DNA from: Octopus vulgaris
Taxonomy: Eukaryota
DNA: 64,000 nucleotides
Assembly: GCA_951406725.2 (NCBI GenBank)
Contig: OX597828.1
Coordinates: 45,136,001-45,200,000, forward strand
Direction: 5' to 3'
Below are positions 25,710 through 39,558 of this stretch, one piece after another (within the stretch, counting starts at the first letter, position 1; the number at the start of each line of letters is the position of its first letter). The notes beneath the pieces were generated by a model that ran no database searches, was not told the DNA's origin, and was given only the letters and a program-made list of their open reading frames with translations. The position numbers and the translations under genes were made by a program.

Positions 25710-26130
25710 GGTGCAGGAGTGGCTGTGTGGTAAGTAGCTTGCTTACCAACCACATGGTTCTGGGTTCAGTCCCACTTCGTGGCACCTTGGGAAAAGTGTC
25801 TTCTACTATAGCCTCAGGCCGACCAAAACCTTGTGAATGGATTTGGTAGATGGAAACTGAAAGAAGCCCATCGTATATATGTATATATATACATGTATAT
25901 ATGCATGTATGTGTATATGTTTGTGTGTCTGTGTTTGTCCCCACAAACATCGCTTGACAACTGATGCTGGTGTGTTTACATCCCCATAGCTTAGCAGTTC
26001 GGCAAAAGAGACCGATAGAATAAGTACTAGGCTTACAAAGAACGAGTCCTGGGGTTGACTTGCTCGACTAAAGGCGGCGCTCCAGCATGGCCACAGTCAA
26101 ATGACTCAAGTAATTAAAAGAAAAAAAGAG
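25710..26130 (+). mobile_element. SINE family A, full length
   Basis: Matches 3240-3648. Confidence 0.9.
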
Positions 26131-27470
26131 TATACATACATACATACATATATATATGTCTGTAAGTGTGTATATATAATGTATAAATGAATATGTATGT
26201 TTATATCTGGCTAGTCTTACCCCAGACAACTCTAATTCACACACACATAATTAATCATAAATGATCAGCTTTTATGTTTATAAAAAGACACTTTTCCTTT
26301 TATATCCACCCACATGTCATGTTTGTCTAGTGTTCTGTTTTTGTGCTGTGCTCCCACCACCACCGCTACCATCACCATCACCACCACCACCACCACCACC
26401 ACCACCACCACCATCACCACTGGGCCATCATCTAAAAATGTGCTTCAATTTTTTTTGTTAGAACTCTAATGACATACCACCAGCTACTATCGTCTATACT
26501 ACCACCACTCCATTCATGACCGACCACCCTCTGACATATTACCATTGGCTAAAAACTACGCCACCAACAAACTATCCGAATACTATCATTACAGTTTCAA
26601 GTGCAGCAGCAATAACATATACCATCATCACCACCACCACCACCACCTCCACCACCATCACCACCACCATCACCACCACAAAAACCATCAATGTTGCCAC
26701 TGCTTGTGCCACCACTACCACCGCCACCACCACCACCACTACCACCAAAACCATTGCTGTTGCTACCACTTTCGCCACCACCAGAACCATCGCTACTGCC
26801 ATCCGCACCTCCACCACCATCACCACTGTCATCGACTGCAACATAAATTTTGCTTTGTTTTTGTATTCTATCTCTATTTCCTTAATTTTCTATTTATTTT
26901 TTTTTCGTCTTTTAAAGAAAGAAAAATTAGAAATTTATGGTTAATTAATTTTCAATCAAAAGCGAAGTTCACATTGTAAATTCATGGTTTGCTGCAATAT
27001 TTTTAGAACATATTAAAAGACTCTTGGATAATAGAATGGAATCAATATTTCTCTTTGTATTCATTCACCGATAAAGAAAAATGCTGTTCGGTTGCCACTT
27101 TCTTCTTCATAATGATGTTGTTGTCATCGTTGTTACTTGTTGTTGCTGACCAAAAACATTCTACTGTAGCACTAAGAATTTGATAAAATTGGCAAGATCA
27201 CTATCAGTCTGGTGTTATTTCAGTTTCAGAACTCAACAAATTTTGAGTTGGGAGAATTCTCTTTTGAGAGACCTCGATGAAGTTCGTGATTTTAAGATTT
27301 GCATGGCCTTGTGCTAACACTCATGATTATAAGATCATGTGGTATGTCATATACTTGAGCCAAACACTTCATTTCTCGTTGCTTTAGACCACTCAGCTTA
27401 AAGAGCTCCACCAATAGCGGGGAAGTTAACCCTGTGAGGGACTGGCATCTCAACCAGGTGGGTATACCCT

Positions 27471-27879
27471 TACTCTCTTTTACTTGTTTCAGTCATTTGA
27501 CTGTGGCCATGCTGGAGCACCGCCTTTAATCAAGCAACTCGACCTCGGGACTTATTCTTTGTAAGCCCACTACTTATTCTATCGGTCTCTTTTGCCAAAC
27601 CGCTAAGTGACGGGGACATAAACACACCAGCATCAGTTGTCAAGCAATGCTAGGGGGACAAACACAGACACGCAAACATACACACACACATACATATATA
27701 CATATATACATATATACGACAGGCTTCTTTCAGTTTCCGTCTACCAGATCCACTCACAAGGCATTGGTCGGCCCAGGGCTATAGCAGAAGACACTTGCCC
27801 AAGATGCCATGCAGTGGGACTGAACCCAGAACCATGTGGTTGGTAAGCAAGCTGCTTACCACACAGCCACTCCTGCACC
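27471..27879 (-). mobile_element. SINE family A, full length
   Basis: Reverse complement of 3240-3648. Confidence 0.9.
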
Positions 27880-28129
27880 TGTTGTAAACTCAGTTACTTA
27901 TACACCATGGAAACAAAGTTCAGCTCTATCCTTATGAGACTTTGGACTTAAGACAAACCTAATCTGAAATCTAAGGAACAAAAGAGACTTAATCTATTTC
28001 TTGGTTTACAACCACTGACTGGTCCTTGGGTGCCTTTAGCAGAATCCATAGTTTTGCAGGCATTTTGGGACAGGTCTCCAGTTAGAAGATTTTTTTCTTC
28101 CCTGTCTTCAACTCAGTCTCCCATAAGTC

Positions 28130-28330
28130 TTCATCATCATCTGGCTGAACTTGCTCAGACAGTTTTAATCTCCACACAGACATCCATTTTGGTCCTGCAG
28201 TTGTTCAAGGAAGTCTTCAGGAAAACAGCCAGTGCCTCTAGTGAGTGGATCTACATATGTTGGGTTGAGACAAACTGCTCAAGCATGACCATACTTTGGC
28301 ATCCATAGCAGTAGGATTTGGAGGTTTAGT
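28130..28330 (-). mobile_element. Old RTE-type LINE C-terminus
   Basis: Minus translation LLWMPKYGHA*...PTYVDPLTRGTGCFPEDF...QDQNG followed by gatgatgatga resembles the RTE 'LLWxPxHG..GRP..TYxD.L..DTG' end. Confidence 0.55.
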
Positions 28331-29555
28331 AAAGGGCCATATGTCCTATTCTCCCCTCCAAATTTTTTATTCCTGGTGATATTATATCTTGATGATTTGG
28401 TGTTTGTTTTTAATGAAAGCATGAATTACCATTGTGTAAAATACCGAGCAGGAATGGTCAAGTTATTTGCAAACAAGAAGCATATATGATGTTCTTTTCA
28501 TGTTTGACTGGCTCCTGTGCTGGTGGTACATAAAAAGCACCATTTGAGCATAGTCAATGCTAGTGTTGCCTGACTAGCTCCCATGCCAGTGGCATGTAAA
28601 AAGTACCCACTACACTCTTGGAGTAATTGGCATTAGGAAAGGAATCTGGCTTCAGAAATCTTGCCAGATCAGATTGGAGCTTGGTGCAGCCTCCTGGCTT
28701 GTCAGTCCTCAGTTAAGCCACCCAACCCATACCAGCATAGAAATCAGACATTAAACGATAATGATGATGATATATATATATATATGAATAAATATTATCA
28801 ACCACATACATATGCTTCTATTCCATATTTGAATGTAAATATATATTATGTTTATGTGTGTTGGGCTTCTTTCAGTTTCCTTCAATCAAATACACAGACA
28901 AGGTTTTAACTGGCTTAGTGGGGCTATAGTTGAAGCCAACTGTACATATTGCTGCACAGTGAGATTGAACTCAGAACCATGCGGCTGGAAAGCAAACTTC
29001 TTATTTCAGAGCCATTATAGGTCTGTTAGATTAAAGTTGATTCGAAGTTAAATGGTAAGTGATGACAACAACAACAACAACAACAACAACAATAGCAATA
29101 CTGGACTTAGCGTGATGTGATCTTGGAATGTAAAAGGTTAAAACTAAATTCAGAACATCCTTCAGTTTGACATTCTACCATTTTTACCAAACTTACTGTT
29201 CTCAGATATTCAGTATATGTCATAAACAAACCGATGTTTATCGCAAAAATTTGCGAAAATGGTTTTATTTTTAGAATCTCTTCTGTCTAAGACAAGGGTA
29301 TTAGTATACAGATAATTTTTCAGAAGCTCAATTCATCCTGTTGTTTAGACATTACTGATCAATAGTCAATACGATTATCACATTGATCTGGTCAGTGATG
29401 TGCATGTATAAAACAAGGGCAATATTTATTACTGTTTAAGGTCTGTTCTATGTTCTATTCTCAGCATTTTTGGTTTTCTTTTTTTTTTTATATTTCTGTA
29501 TTTATTTTCTGTTCTTGTTTTTACTGTTTCTTAATCTTTTGAAATCTCATTAATG

Positions 29556-29649
29556 TTATAAATAGCTTTCCAGTCTTGTCCTTTGTGGATCCGATGAGTT
29601 ATTACGCATAGCGAGGGTGTGGTCTGTACTATTGTATACAACAGGCCTT
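29556..29649 (-). CDS. Candidate terminal coding exon (frame 0: KACCIQ*; frame 2: RPVVYNSTDHTLAMRNNSSDPQRTRLESYL*)
   Basis: Acceptor tgctttgctttttgtttcccgtcag; complex, CpG-retaining sequence followed by a unique UTR-like stretch. Confidence 0.55.
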
Positions 29650-30399
29650 CTGACGGGAAACAAAAAGCAAAGCATTGTAATGATATTCTGTCTGTGTTTA
29701 CTCAAGATGATAGCTTCATCATCTTCGTTGTCGATGTCGTCGTCATCGTTATTGCTGCTGTCATCATCATCATCATCATCATCCTTCTTGTCAGCATCAT
29801 CGACATCATCATCGTCGTCGTCATCGCCATTATCATCATCATCAACATTGTCATCAGCATCGACATCATCATCATCGTCATCATTACCATCAACATCATC
29901 ATCATCATCATCATCATCGTCATTGTCATCATCATCATCATCATCTTCATCATCATCTTCATCAGCACCATCACCATCACCATCATGAACATCATCATTA
30001 TCTTCATCATCATCACCATCATCCCCCTCCTCCTCCTCATCATCATCACCATTATTGTAATCATCATCAACCTTTTCATGCTGGCACAGGGTTGACAAAA
30101 TTCAGTATGACTACTATTTTGTAAGGCTTGATTGCCCCTTTCCCTTGAGGCTGTAGTAGAAGACACTTGCCCAAAGTGCCCTGCAATGGGACTGAACCCA
30201 GAACCATGTGGTTGGGATGCAAACCGGCAACGATCACACTCGGATGGTGCTCTTAGCGCTCCATTAGCACGGATGCCAGTCATCGAATTTGATTTCGATT
30301 TCATGACAACAACCAAATTGACTCAGACATTTAGTATAGACCTACAGCAAAATAATAACTTCCATTCAGTTTGTGCCCTCTGAGACACACCAGAATAGA

Positions 30400-31200
30400 T
30401 GTTCCTTATAAACTAGCCAAATGTATTTGTACAACAGTAGCCAATACATCCATTTGTAATATAAGACTCAAATAACTTAAGAACACACACCTTGATAGGA
30501 ATTACTCACCATTCTTAATCAATAATGGAATACCATGAGCTGAGAAATTCAGTTTCCAGGAACCAAGGCAAATAGGATAATGAAACAGATCAGAAATGAT
30601 GGTTCTACCATTCATCTTCCCCCTATAATGCCCCAAACAATGAAATCTTCAACATCAAATTACAAAACACTAATACTGAAAGGATATCTGGCTGAACCAA
30701 ATCCTACAAAACACATACCACTAAAAAGCAACCCAATTCAATAAAAAATACTAGCAAAGACAAAACTTCACACCCCACAGATATAACAAGATCAACAGAA
30801 AGGAACTGCAGACATACAGCTGTGGTATATCTTTTAATCTGACAGTTGGATCAGTGATCCACGTCAAAGATAAATTGTTACAATAAAGAAAAATTACTTC
30901 ACCTATGCCCCTGGAAAACTTAATCTATGCAATAACATGCTCAGGATGCAAAGAACACTATATCGGCCAAACCAGAAATTCCTTATCACATCAAATTACT
31001 CTGCATAGATTACAAATTAAAATACAGGAATATAGACAAATAAGACACAGTGGACATACAGACACATGTGTGGGTAAGAAACAACTAAACTCTAATATTT
31101 TCCCTTTATATCGATTTAGCAATCACATAACTTATCAGTGAAACATCTACAGAGAAACATTCTTCATAACCAAATTCCAACCACATTTGAATACCTGTGG
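30400..31200 (+). mobile_element. Decayed Penelope-like element (GIY-YIG endonuclease end)
   Basis: NLIYAITCSGCKEHYIGQTRNSL...LH...QIRHSGH..TC; upstream PYKLAKCICTTV resembles the PLE post-RT region. Confidence 0.75.
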
Positions 31201-32231
31201 CAGGAAAAAAGATAGCAACTACCACCATCACCGCTGCTACCTTTGCTACAGTCATCACAATGACTGCTACTAGTTAGATTGATGACTGCTACTGCTACTG
31301 ACAGCCCTAGATGCTGCTGCTACTGCTGCTACTGCTAACAGCCCAACTTGCTGCTCCTTTCACTAACAACCAGCAATTACTGCTGCTAACTACATCCTAG
31401 TAATAATCAGAAGGAAACAAAACAGCACTGTGGGATTTTTATAAGAACATTAGAACTTCCAGAACAAATATTATGTAGGATTATTTTAATATAATTTATT
31501 TCAGTTAACATGAATCATATTTGCCACCTAAATGTGGCTGACCCATATGGGACAATGCTACTGATGTTTATAGCCCCAGGAAGATATCTCCTCCAGCTGG
31601 CTAACGACACACTGTCTGTGTCCCATCAGTATTTGTGAAGGGAATTCATCTCATTCAGAGATGTATTATTGCTTATTTCAGTTAAATTTTCCTTTTATTT
31701 CAGAATGACTAAATGTCTTTTTAAAGTGACTGAAACCGGTTGCAGTTTATTTAGATGAAAAAAAAACGTAAATCCTAAAGTTTTCAATGTATTTTCTTCT
31801 TTTTGCTTTTTTTAATGTAAATTTACAAACACACACACATGCACACACAAGCATACACATAAACAGCAAGATATCAATTTTATAGTATTCAACAATTAAT
31901 AACTTTCTATATATCTACTATCTATCTAACTGTCTGTATGTATATGTATGTACATGCATATGGATATATACATCTCTAGATAATGAGATAGATGGATGGA
32001 GAAAGGAGAGAGAAGAGAGAAAGGGAGTCAGGGAAAGCGAAAGTGTAAGTTAAGTGGGTGCACAAGTCTCTGTGTATTTGTGCATCTATCCACTTAGATG
32101 GGTTTGTGTATGCACTTGTGCATGTAGATAGGGGTAAGTGAATGTGTGTAAGCCCCTTTTTTCATTACACACATGTAAAGCAGAGCTGGAACTTAGTTTC
32201 AAAGGGCAACATGTAATTGGATATAAGGATG

Positions 32232-32311
<80 letters not shown>

Positions 32312-32717
32312 CATGGTGATGATGATGATGATGATGATATGCTTGAACCATCGCAATTTATTTGTGTGATTTTCTATACAGAAATATAAATTGTATATGC
32401 TAAAAGATATATGTAAACTCTACACTGTATATAGAGATAAAATAAAAAGTATATAGAAATTAATGCAGAGGCCAAATAAATTATACTTCAAAAACATGTG
32501 ATGGTGTTGAGTTCTATTACTAGTTTATTTTTCTTAAATATTAGTTCCCTGCCTTGCAATATGAACATAGATTTATGTAAAGTTTGTTTTTAATATATTT
32601 GTAATACTGAATATTAAATATACTTTAATTATCGATGTTATGCTTTGAATTAAAGCTCATTCAAAGTTAGGGTAATATTATGTATATAATCAGTGCTCAT
32701 TATTTTCAGCTATGGTG

Positions 32718-32774
<57 letters not shown>

Positions 32775-32779
32775 CACTG

Positions 32780-32818
<39 letters not shown>

Positions 32819-33293
32819 CTGTTTAACATCTACTTTTCCTTGCTTGCATATCATATGTGAGATAGAATTTGCTGACACAGATTTTCTGCAATCAGATGCC
32901 CATCCTGTCGCCAACCCACTCCAGTTTCCATATAGGGTAATATTCCCCTTCATTCCAGACATGATTCCACAGAAAACTGAAAACAAAGGACACCACTTGC
33001 GTGTTGGTGACATTCGTTTATAGATATTACGTGAAGTTAAGGCAAGAAGTCTGTAACACACACACACACACATACAGAGGCACATGCCCACACACACACA
33101 CACATGCATATACATTTATGTACGATAAGGTTTCTGTCAGTTTCCATCTACAAAATCTACTCAGAAGAATTTGTTTAGCCCAGGTTTGTAGTGGAAGACA
33201 CTTATGCAAGATGGCATGAGGTGAAACTGAACTCAGACCCATGTGGTTGGGAAACAAACTTCTTACTACCATACAACAGTACTTGTGGTAATA

Positions 33294-33324
<31 letters not shown>

Positions 33325-33606
33325 GGTTTGATTAGATCCAGCGGGTGGGATGCCATTTCTAATGCTAACCACACACACACACAAACACACACACATACAC
33401 AAATACCTAAATATATTCTTTTATTCTTTTACTTGCTTCAGTCATTTGACTTTGCCCATGCTGGGGCACCACCTTTAGTCGAACAAATTGACCCCAGGAC
33501 TTATTCTTTGTAAGCTAAGGTTACGGGGATGTAAACTCACAAGCATCGGTTGTCAAGCAATGTTGGAGGGACAAACACAGACCCACAAACATATACACAC
33601 ATACAT

Positions 33607-33648
<42 letters not shown>

Positions 33649-33709
33649 TTATATATACATATGTATAGTATATATATATATGTATATGTATACATATGTA
33701 TACATATGT

Positions 33710-35645
33710 TTAGTTGCAATGCCAGAAGGATTCCAAGAAGCAAACCAACCCAAAAAAGAAGGATTTGGAGGCTAAAGAACCCTTCACATGGTCAGAGATT
33801 TAGGGACAGCCTCATCAAGAAATTTGAGGAGAGGGAGGAGGAGCTACAGACATCGGACATAGAAGGTAGCTGGAAATTCCTATGGGACAGCTTGCTGAGT
33901 GCCACAGACCAAGTCTGTGGCTGGTGCAAAGTCCCTTCCAGACCTAGAGTTACGTGGTGGTGGAATAGTATGGTAGACAAAGCCTTTAGGGCAAAGAAAC
34001 AGGCTTGGAAAGCCTGGAAGGATGGGGGTAGCAGGGAACGGTACCAAGTAGCCAGAAGAGAGGCTGGGCAGCAGGTATACATAGCTAAGAGCGAAGCGGA
34101 AAAGAAGCAGTTTGCCAATGTCCAGAGACGTGAGGACCAAAGAACTGAGATATTTTAGATTGCAAGACAGTGTGTGAGAGAAAATTGTGATGTCACAGGA
34201 GAGAAAAGTGTTCAAATGGATGATGGAGCACTTGCTTTTAGTGATTCTGAAAAGAAAGAGGCTTGGAGAAGCCACTATGAAAGACTGCTGAATGTTGAGA
34301 ATGAATGAGAGGAGGAGAGCCTGCCAAATATTGACCTAGTAGAGGGACCAGCTATCCGTATAGATAGCTCCCTAGTAGTTAAGGTAATTAAGGGTATGAA
34401 GCCAGGAAAAGCCCCCAGCTCATCAGGAATCACTGCTGAGATGCTTAAAACATCTGGTGGTGTGGGCTACGACCTAGTCACCCACATTGTAAACCAGGTA
34501 GTTCACGAAGGAGGCATAACCAATGACTGGCGTAACAGCACCATAGTCAACTGCTACAAGGGTAAAGGTGATGCTCTAGATAGAAATAACTACAGGGGTA
34601 TCAAACTGCTGGATCAGGTAATGAAGGTCATAGCCCATCTCATCAGGGAGAGAGTCTGCTTAGATGAGATGCAGTTCGGTTTTGTGCTGGGTAGAAGCAC
34701 CACTGATGCTATATTCATGGTTCGACAACTGCAGGAGAAATACCTAGCCAAAGATAAACCCCTATACTTAGCTTTTGTGGACTTGGAGAAAGCCTTTGAC
34801 AGGGTCCCCCGATCCCTTATCTGGTGGGCGATGCAGAAATTGGAGATTGACAAATGGTATGGTCATGTACTACAGATGGATGAGGAGAGATGTGTGAAGA
34901 AGTGCCACTCCTAAACTGTTGAAGGAATCCGGGGTAGAGGTAGACCCAGGAAGACATGGGACGAGGTGGTCAAGCATGATCTCCATATGTTGAGCCTCAC
35001 AAAGGCTATGACGAAAGACCGAGACCTCTGGAGATATGCTGTGACTTCGAAGACCCGACAAATGAAGTGAGTTCATGGCTTGCAGGACGGCCTGCTGCGC
35101 TTGAGAAGACCTATTGTGTCAAGTTCATCAACATCGAAATAAAAATCTTACGGATATTGTAGTTGTGATACCCATGCTGGTGGCACGTAGGGCCTCACAG
35201 GAAATGACGAAGACCGAGACAGCATATCTCAATGCTGTGACTGTGAAGGCCCGACATATGAAATGAGTTCATGGCTCACAGGACGGCAGCTGTGCTAACC
35301 TTGGATCGTTGAGTGACTCGCTGTTCTTGAGATCTATTGAGTCAAGTACATCAACACCAACATCAAAATAAAAAAAAGCACCGTCCGAATGTGGCAGATG
35401 CCAGCACCGCCTGACTGGCATCCGTGTCGGTGACATGTAAAAGCACCAACCGATCGTGGCCATTTGCCAGCCTCCACTGGCTCCTGTGCCAGTGGCACGT
35501 AAAAGACACCCACTACAATCACGGAGTGGTTGGCGTTAGAAAGGGCATCCAGCTGTAGAAACACCGCCAAACCAGACCCCGGTCAAACCGTCCAACCCAT
35601 GCTAGCATGGAAAACTGACATTAAATCATGATGATGATGATGATG
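33710..35645 (+). mobile_element. RTE-clade LINE, 5'-truncated and internally deleted, with 3' UTR and (GAT)n tail
   Basis: MKPGKAP..GITAEMLK...YKGKGD..DRNNYRGIKLL...QFGF..GRSTTDAIF...FVDLEKAFDRVPR joined directly to WYGHV...RGRGRPRKTW; in-frame stops at ~34156, ~34306 and ~34912. Confidence 0.92.
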
Positions 35646-36078
35646 GTATATATATATATATATATACATATATATACAAAAGTATCTGAAATGATGATGA
35701 TAGCAATGACAACAGCAACAACAACAGTGTGGATGATAACAATGAAAATGATGAAGATGACAACGATGATGATGATGATAGTGATGATGATATGTAAATT
35801 CTTATCTTTTAACATTTATAGTTTTCTGTTTTATTTTCTAGTTTTCTTCTCTTCACTACTCAAAGAGATCTTCATGTCACATCTAAGTTGGCTGGTTCCA
35901 TTCTTAGCCTGTCATAATTGGCTTAATGTCAGATTATCTTGAATTTTGAAATAGAAGTGCTGGATTAAATTATTTCTTAATGCTAGACTAATTTCTCAAT
36001 CTTTATTATGCTAATCAACTGCAAATGACAAGCAAAGGCCGATGCAAAATTACACATATGGATATACATATGAATATA

Positions 36079-36132
<54 letters not shown>

Positions 36133-36208
36133 TACAGAGATTTATATAAGTACACACATGCACAATTATTTGTATGATAGTATATACATCTATATCTATA
36201 GATGTATA

Positions 36209-36250
<42 letters not shown>

Positions 36251-36325
36251 TAGATAGATAGATAGATAGATACATAGATAGATAGCTAGATAGATAGATA
36301 GATAGATAGATAGACAGATGGATAG

Positions 36326-36410
<85 letters not shown>

Positions 36411-36949
36411 CACTGCCTGGCTGATGCCAGCTCTGCCTCCTGGTTTCCCAGACCCCGGTCGTACCGCCCAACCCGTGCTAGCGTGGAAAACAGACGTTAA
36501 ACGATGATGATGATGATGATGATATATACATACACACACACACACACACATATATATTTATATATACACAAATACACACATATACATACACAAGCACACA
36601 AACACTCACACACAATGCAGAAATACAAATACACTAAAACAAATGTTTCAATGTTTTTTTATTATTTTTGTTTATGTGTGTCTTTTGTTTACTGATATCT
36701 TTGAATTTTCTGATTTTGTCTGATATTTTTCTCCTCTTTCAATATTATGCCAAATATATTCAAAAATAATGTCTAGAACTCAGAAGGATTATGGCTTTTT
36801 TCACAAGAATCAAATTAATTAAAATGTAGAAAATTAAATGAAGTAGATAATATAACGAATGACAAATAGGGAAAATGTCTGTTTGTCTTTTTAGCAGGAT
36901 TGGAATAAAGATTAAAGACATAAAAGGAGAAAGTGAAGAGATTGGAAAA

Positions 36950-37330
36950 GATAAGGGATTAAAGTAGAGAAAGAGGGTGAGAGAAGGGGAGGGAGGGAGA
37001 GAGGGGAGAAGGGGAAGAGAGCGGGAGAGATATAGGTGAGAGACGAGGAAGGGAGTGTGGAAGAGAGGGGGAGAGAAAGGAGGAGAGAGTAGAGAAAGGG
37101 ATGAGAGGGTAGAGAAAGGGAGAGAGAGGGGAGAGAAAGGGGGAGAGAGGGGAGAGCGATAGGGAGAGAGATAGTGATAGAGGGGGGAAGAGATGGGGAG
37201 ACAGAAAGAGAAGAGAATAGGTAGAGAGATAGAGAGAGATGGTGAAAGAGAGGGTGAAAGAAAATGTGAGAGAGAGTGAGAGAAGGAGAGAGATAAAAGA
37301 GAGAGAGAGAGAGCAAGAAAGAATCAGTGA
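36950..37330 (+). repeat. Long polypurine (GA-rich) tract
   Basis: Almost exclusively A/G for ~380 bp. Confidence 0.9.
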
Positions 37331-37864
37331 GTGAGAGAAAACAATCAATATTTTAATTAGCATTTAATTCTTGGAAAATGTTAATTATTCCTGATATTTT
37401 TAGAAATAAGTCTCTCGTAAAATTCTTACCAATTTGATCCTACACTGCCTGAGACTGCCTCTGGTTTTATGTTATGAACTTCCTGCTCGAAAGTGATTTA
37501 AATTAAAACCATTTTCTGCCAAAATTTCAGGTTAATTAATATTCAAAACAGCAGCTTAGTAATATCAGGTATTTTACTAAATTTTTCCTTGTTTTCGAAA
37601 GTAATCGAAACAAAAGCCGTTTATTCCAGTTGAACTCTAGAGAAAAATCAGGTTTTGAATAAATATCAACAATACATAGGTTCAGACGTGGCTGTGTGGT
37701 AAGAAGTTTGTTTCTCAACAGCATGGTTCCAGGTTCAGTTCCAACTATGTGGAATCTTGGCCAAGTATCTTCTACTATTATCCTTGGAATGGCCAAAACC
37801 TTGTGAATGAATTTGGTTGAGAGAAACCAAGAGAAGCCCTTTGTATGTATGTATGTATATATAT

Positions 37865-38500
37865 ATCATCATCATCATTGTCATCGTTTAACAGCCGTTT
37901 TCCATGGTGGCATGGGTTGGATGGTTTGACTGAAGTCTGGAAAGCAGTGGCTGCACCAGGCTCCAATCTGATCTGGCAAGGTTTTTTACAACTGGATGGC
38001 CTTCCTAATGCCAACCACTCTGAGAGTGTAGTGGGTGCTTTTTATGTGCCACCAGTACAGGAGCCAGCCAGGCAGCCCTGGCATCAATCATGTTCGAATG
38101 GTGCTTGTTATGTACCACCGGCACAGGAGCCAGTCAGGTGGCACTAGCATCAGCCATGTTCAGATGGTACTTTTTACAAGCCACTAGCATGGGAGCCAGC
38201 CAGACAGCCCTGGCATCATTCAAGTTCAGATGGAGCTTTTTACATACCACTGGCATGGGAGCCAAGAACCAAATTGCTCCAATAAAAGAAAGATAAGTAA
38301 TGACCATTCATCATCATCATCGTTTTACGTCCGTTCTCCATGCTAGCATGGGTTGGACGGTTCGACCGGGGATCTGGGAAGCCAGAAGGCTGCACCAGGC
38401 TCCGGTCTTATCTGGCAATGTTTCTACAGCTGGATGCCCTTCCTAATGCCAACCACTCCATGAGTGTAGTGGGTGCTTTTTACATGCCACCTGCACTGAG
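37865..38500 (-). mobile_element. Two RTE 3' end fragments
   Basis: Two (CAT)n + catgggttgga...gccaaccactc blocks at ~37865 and ~38305. Confidence 0.8.
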
Positions 38501-38714
38501 ACCATTGTTATATGTATATCTATACCAAACTATATTTAAAGAAAATTTCTAGACATGTTCTTGACTTCCAGACGGAAGACAAACTGTTTTTACTTCAAAT
38601 TTTTATAAAATTTTACTGATATTTGATAAGATGATTACACATCGAAATGGGTAATATTTTCTTTATATAATTTTTTATTAAATTCCCTTTTAAATTGAAA
38701 TGTCTTAGACTTAC

Positions 38715-38762
38715 TTTTGTGTAATTTCTACCTCCACTTTTGTGTTTAGCTAGTATTGATAA
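38715..38762 (-). CDS. Candidate 48-nt cassette exon (phase 0: LSILAKHKSGGRNYTK)
   Basis: catgttcgttcttatcag|TTATCA...ACAAAA|gtaagt; length 3n; only phase 0 is open. Confidence 0.4.
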
Positions 38763-39258
38763 CTGATAAGAACGAACATGGTGTCCACATGTATATAATA
38801 CATGATGTTTCCTACAGTTGCATGGTGAGGAAAATAGAAAGTTTTTGGCACTATTTAACCTTGATTTTTTCCATCTGACAAATTTCTAATAGGAAATTCC
38901 TTGTAGCCTATGTAACATGTAAATCTTTGTAGTTCCTATTAGCAAATGAAACATGTGTAATGAAGAATAAATAATACCAAACAATTTCCATTTCTGTTTT
39001 TTTTTTTGATACAATGACTCTGCAAATAATTTTTCCAGAATTCTCAATTATAATAAGTATTTTAATTAACATACAGCAGCAACTATGGATACATATCGAT
39101 TGTAGTAATGGGTTAAGCAGAAGTGCTTCAGGAGGAAACAGTTGATATTTACCCTCACTACCTATCCTCCTCTTGCTTGCCTGTTTTACTAATTTTATTT
39201 TTTGATTATTTCAACTGACTGTGTATGTATGTATGTATGCATGTAAGTTTGTATGTGT

Positions 39259-39558
39259 GAGGCACATGGCCTAGTGGTTAGAGCAGCGGACTCACAGTCG
39301 AGGCATCACAAGTTCAAATCTTAGACTGGGCGATGTGTGTGTTTATAAGCGAAACACCTAAGTTCCACGCAGCTCCTGCAGAAGGTGATGGCGAACTTCT
39401 GCTGACTCTTTCGCCACAACTTTCTCTCACTCTTTCCTCATGCATCTTACAGCTCACCTGCGACGGACTGACATCCCATCCAGGTGGGGAACCTATACGC
39501 CAAGGAAACTGGAAAACCGGCCCTATGAGTCAGGCATGGCTCGAGAAGGAACAAACAA
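39259..39558 (+). mobile_element. tRNA-derived SINE family D
   Basis: gaggcacatggcctagtggttagagcagcggactc...agttcaaatc A/B boxes; copies at 6612 and 63341. Confidence 0.88.

Noticed and set aside
29650-30098. Poly-Asp ORF in frame with the ESYL terminus
   Set aside because: The acidic part is a (GAT/GAC)n microsatellite beginning in an RTE tail, and a strong acceptor lies between it and the complex part.
39259-39335. tRNA genes at SINE heads (also ~16340-16417, 22895, 60476)
   Set aside because: A/B boxes are present, but each continues into a SINE body and no complete cloverleaf is evident.
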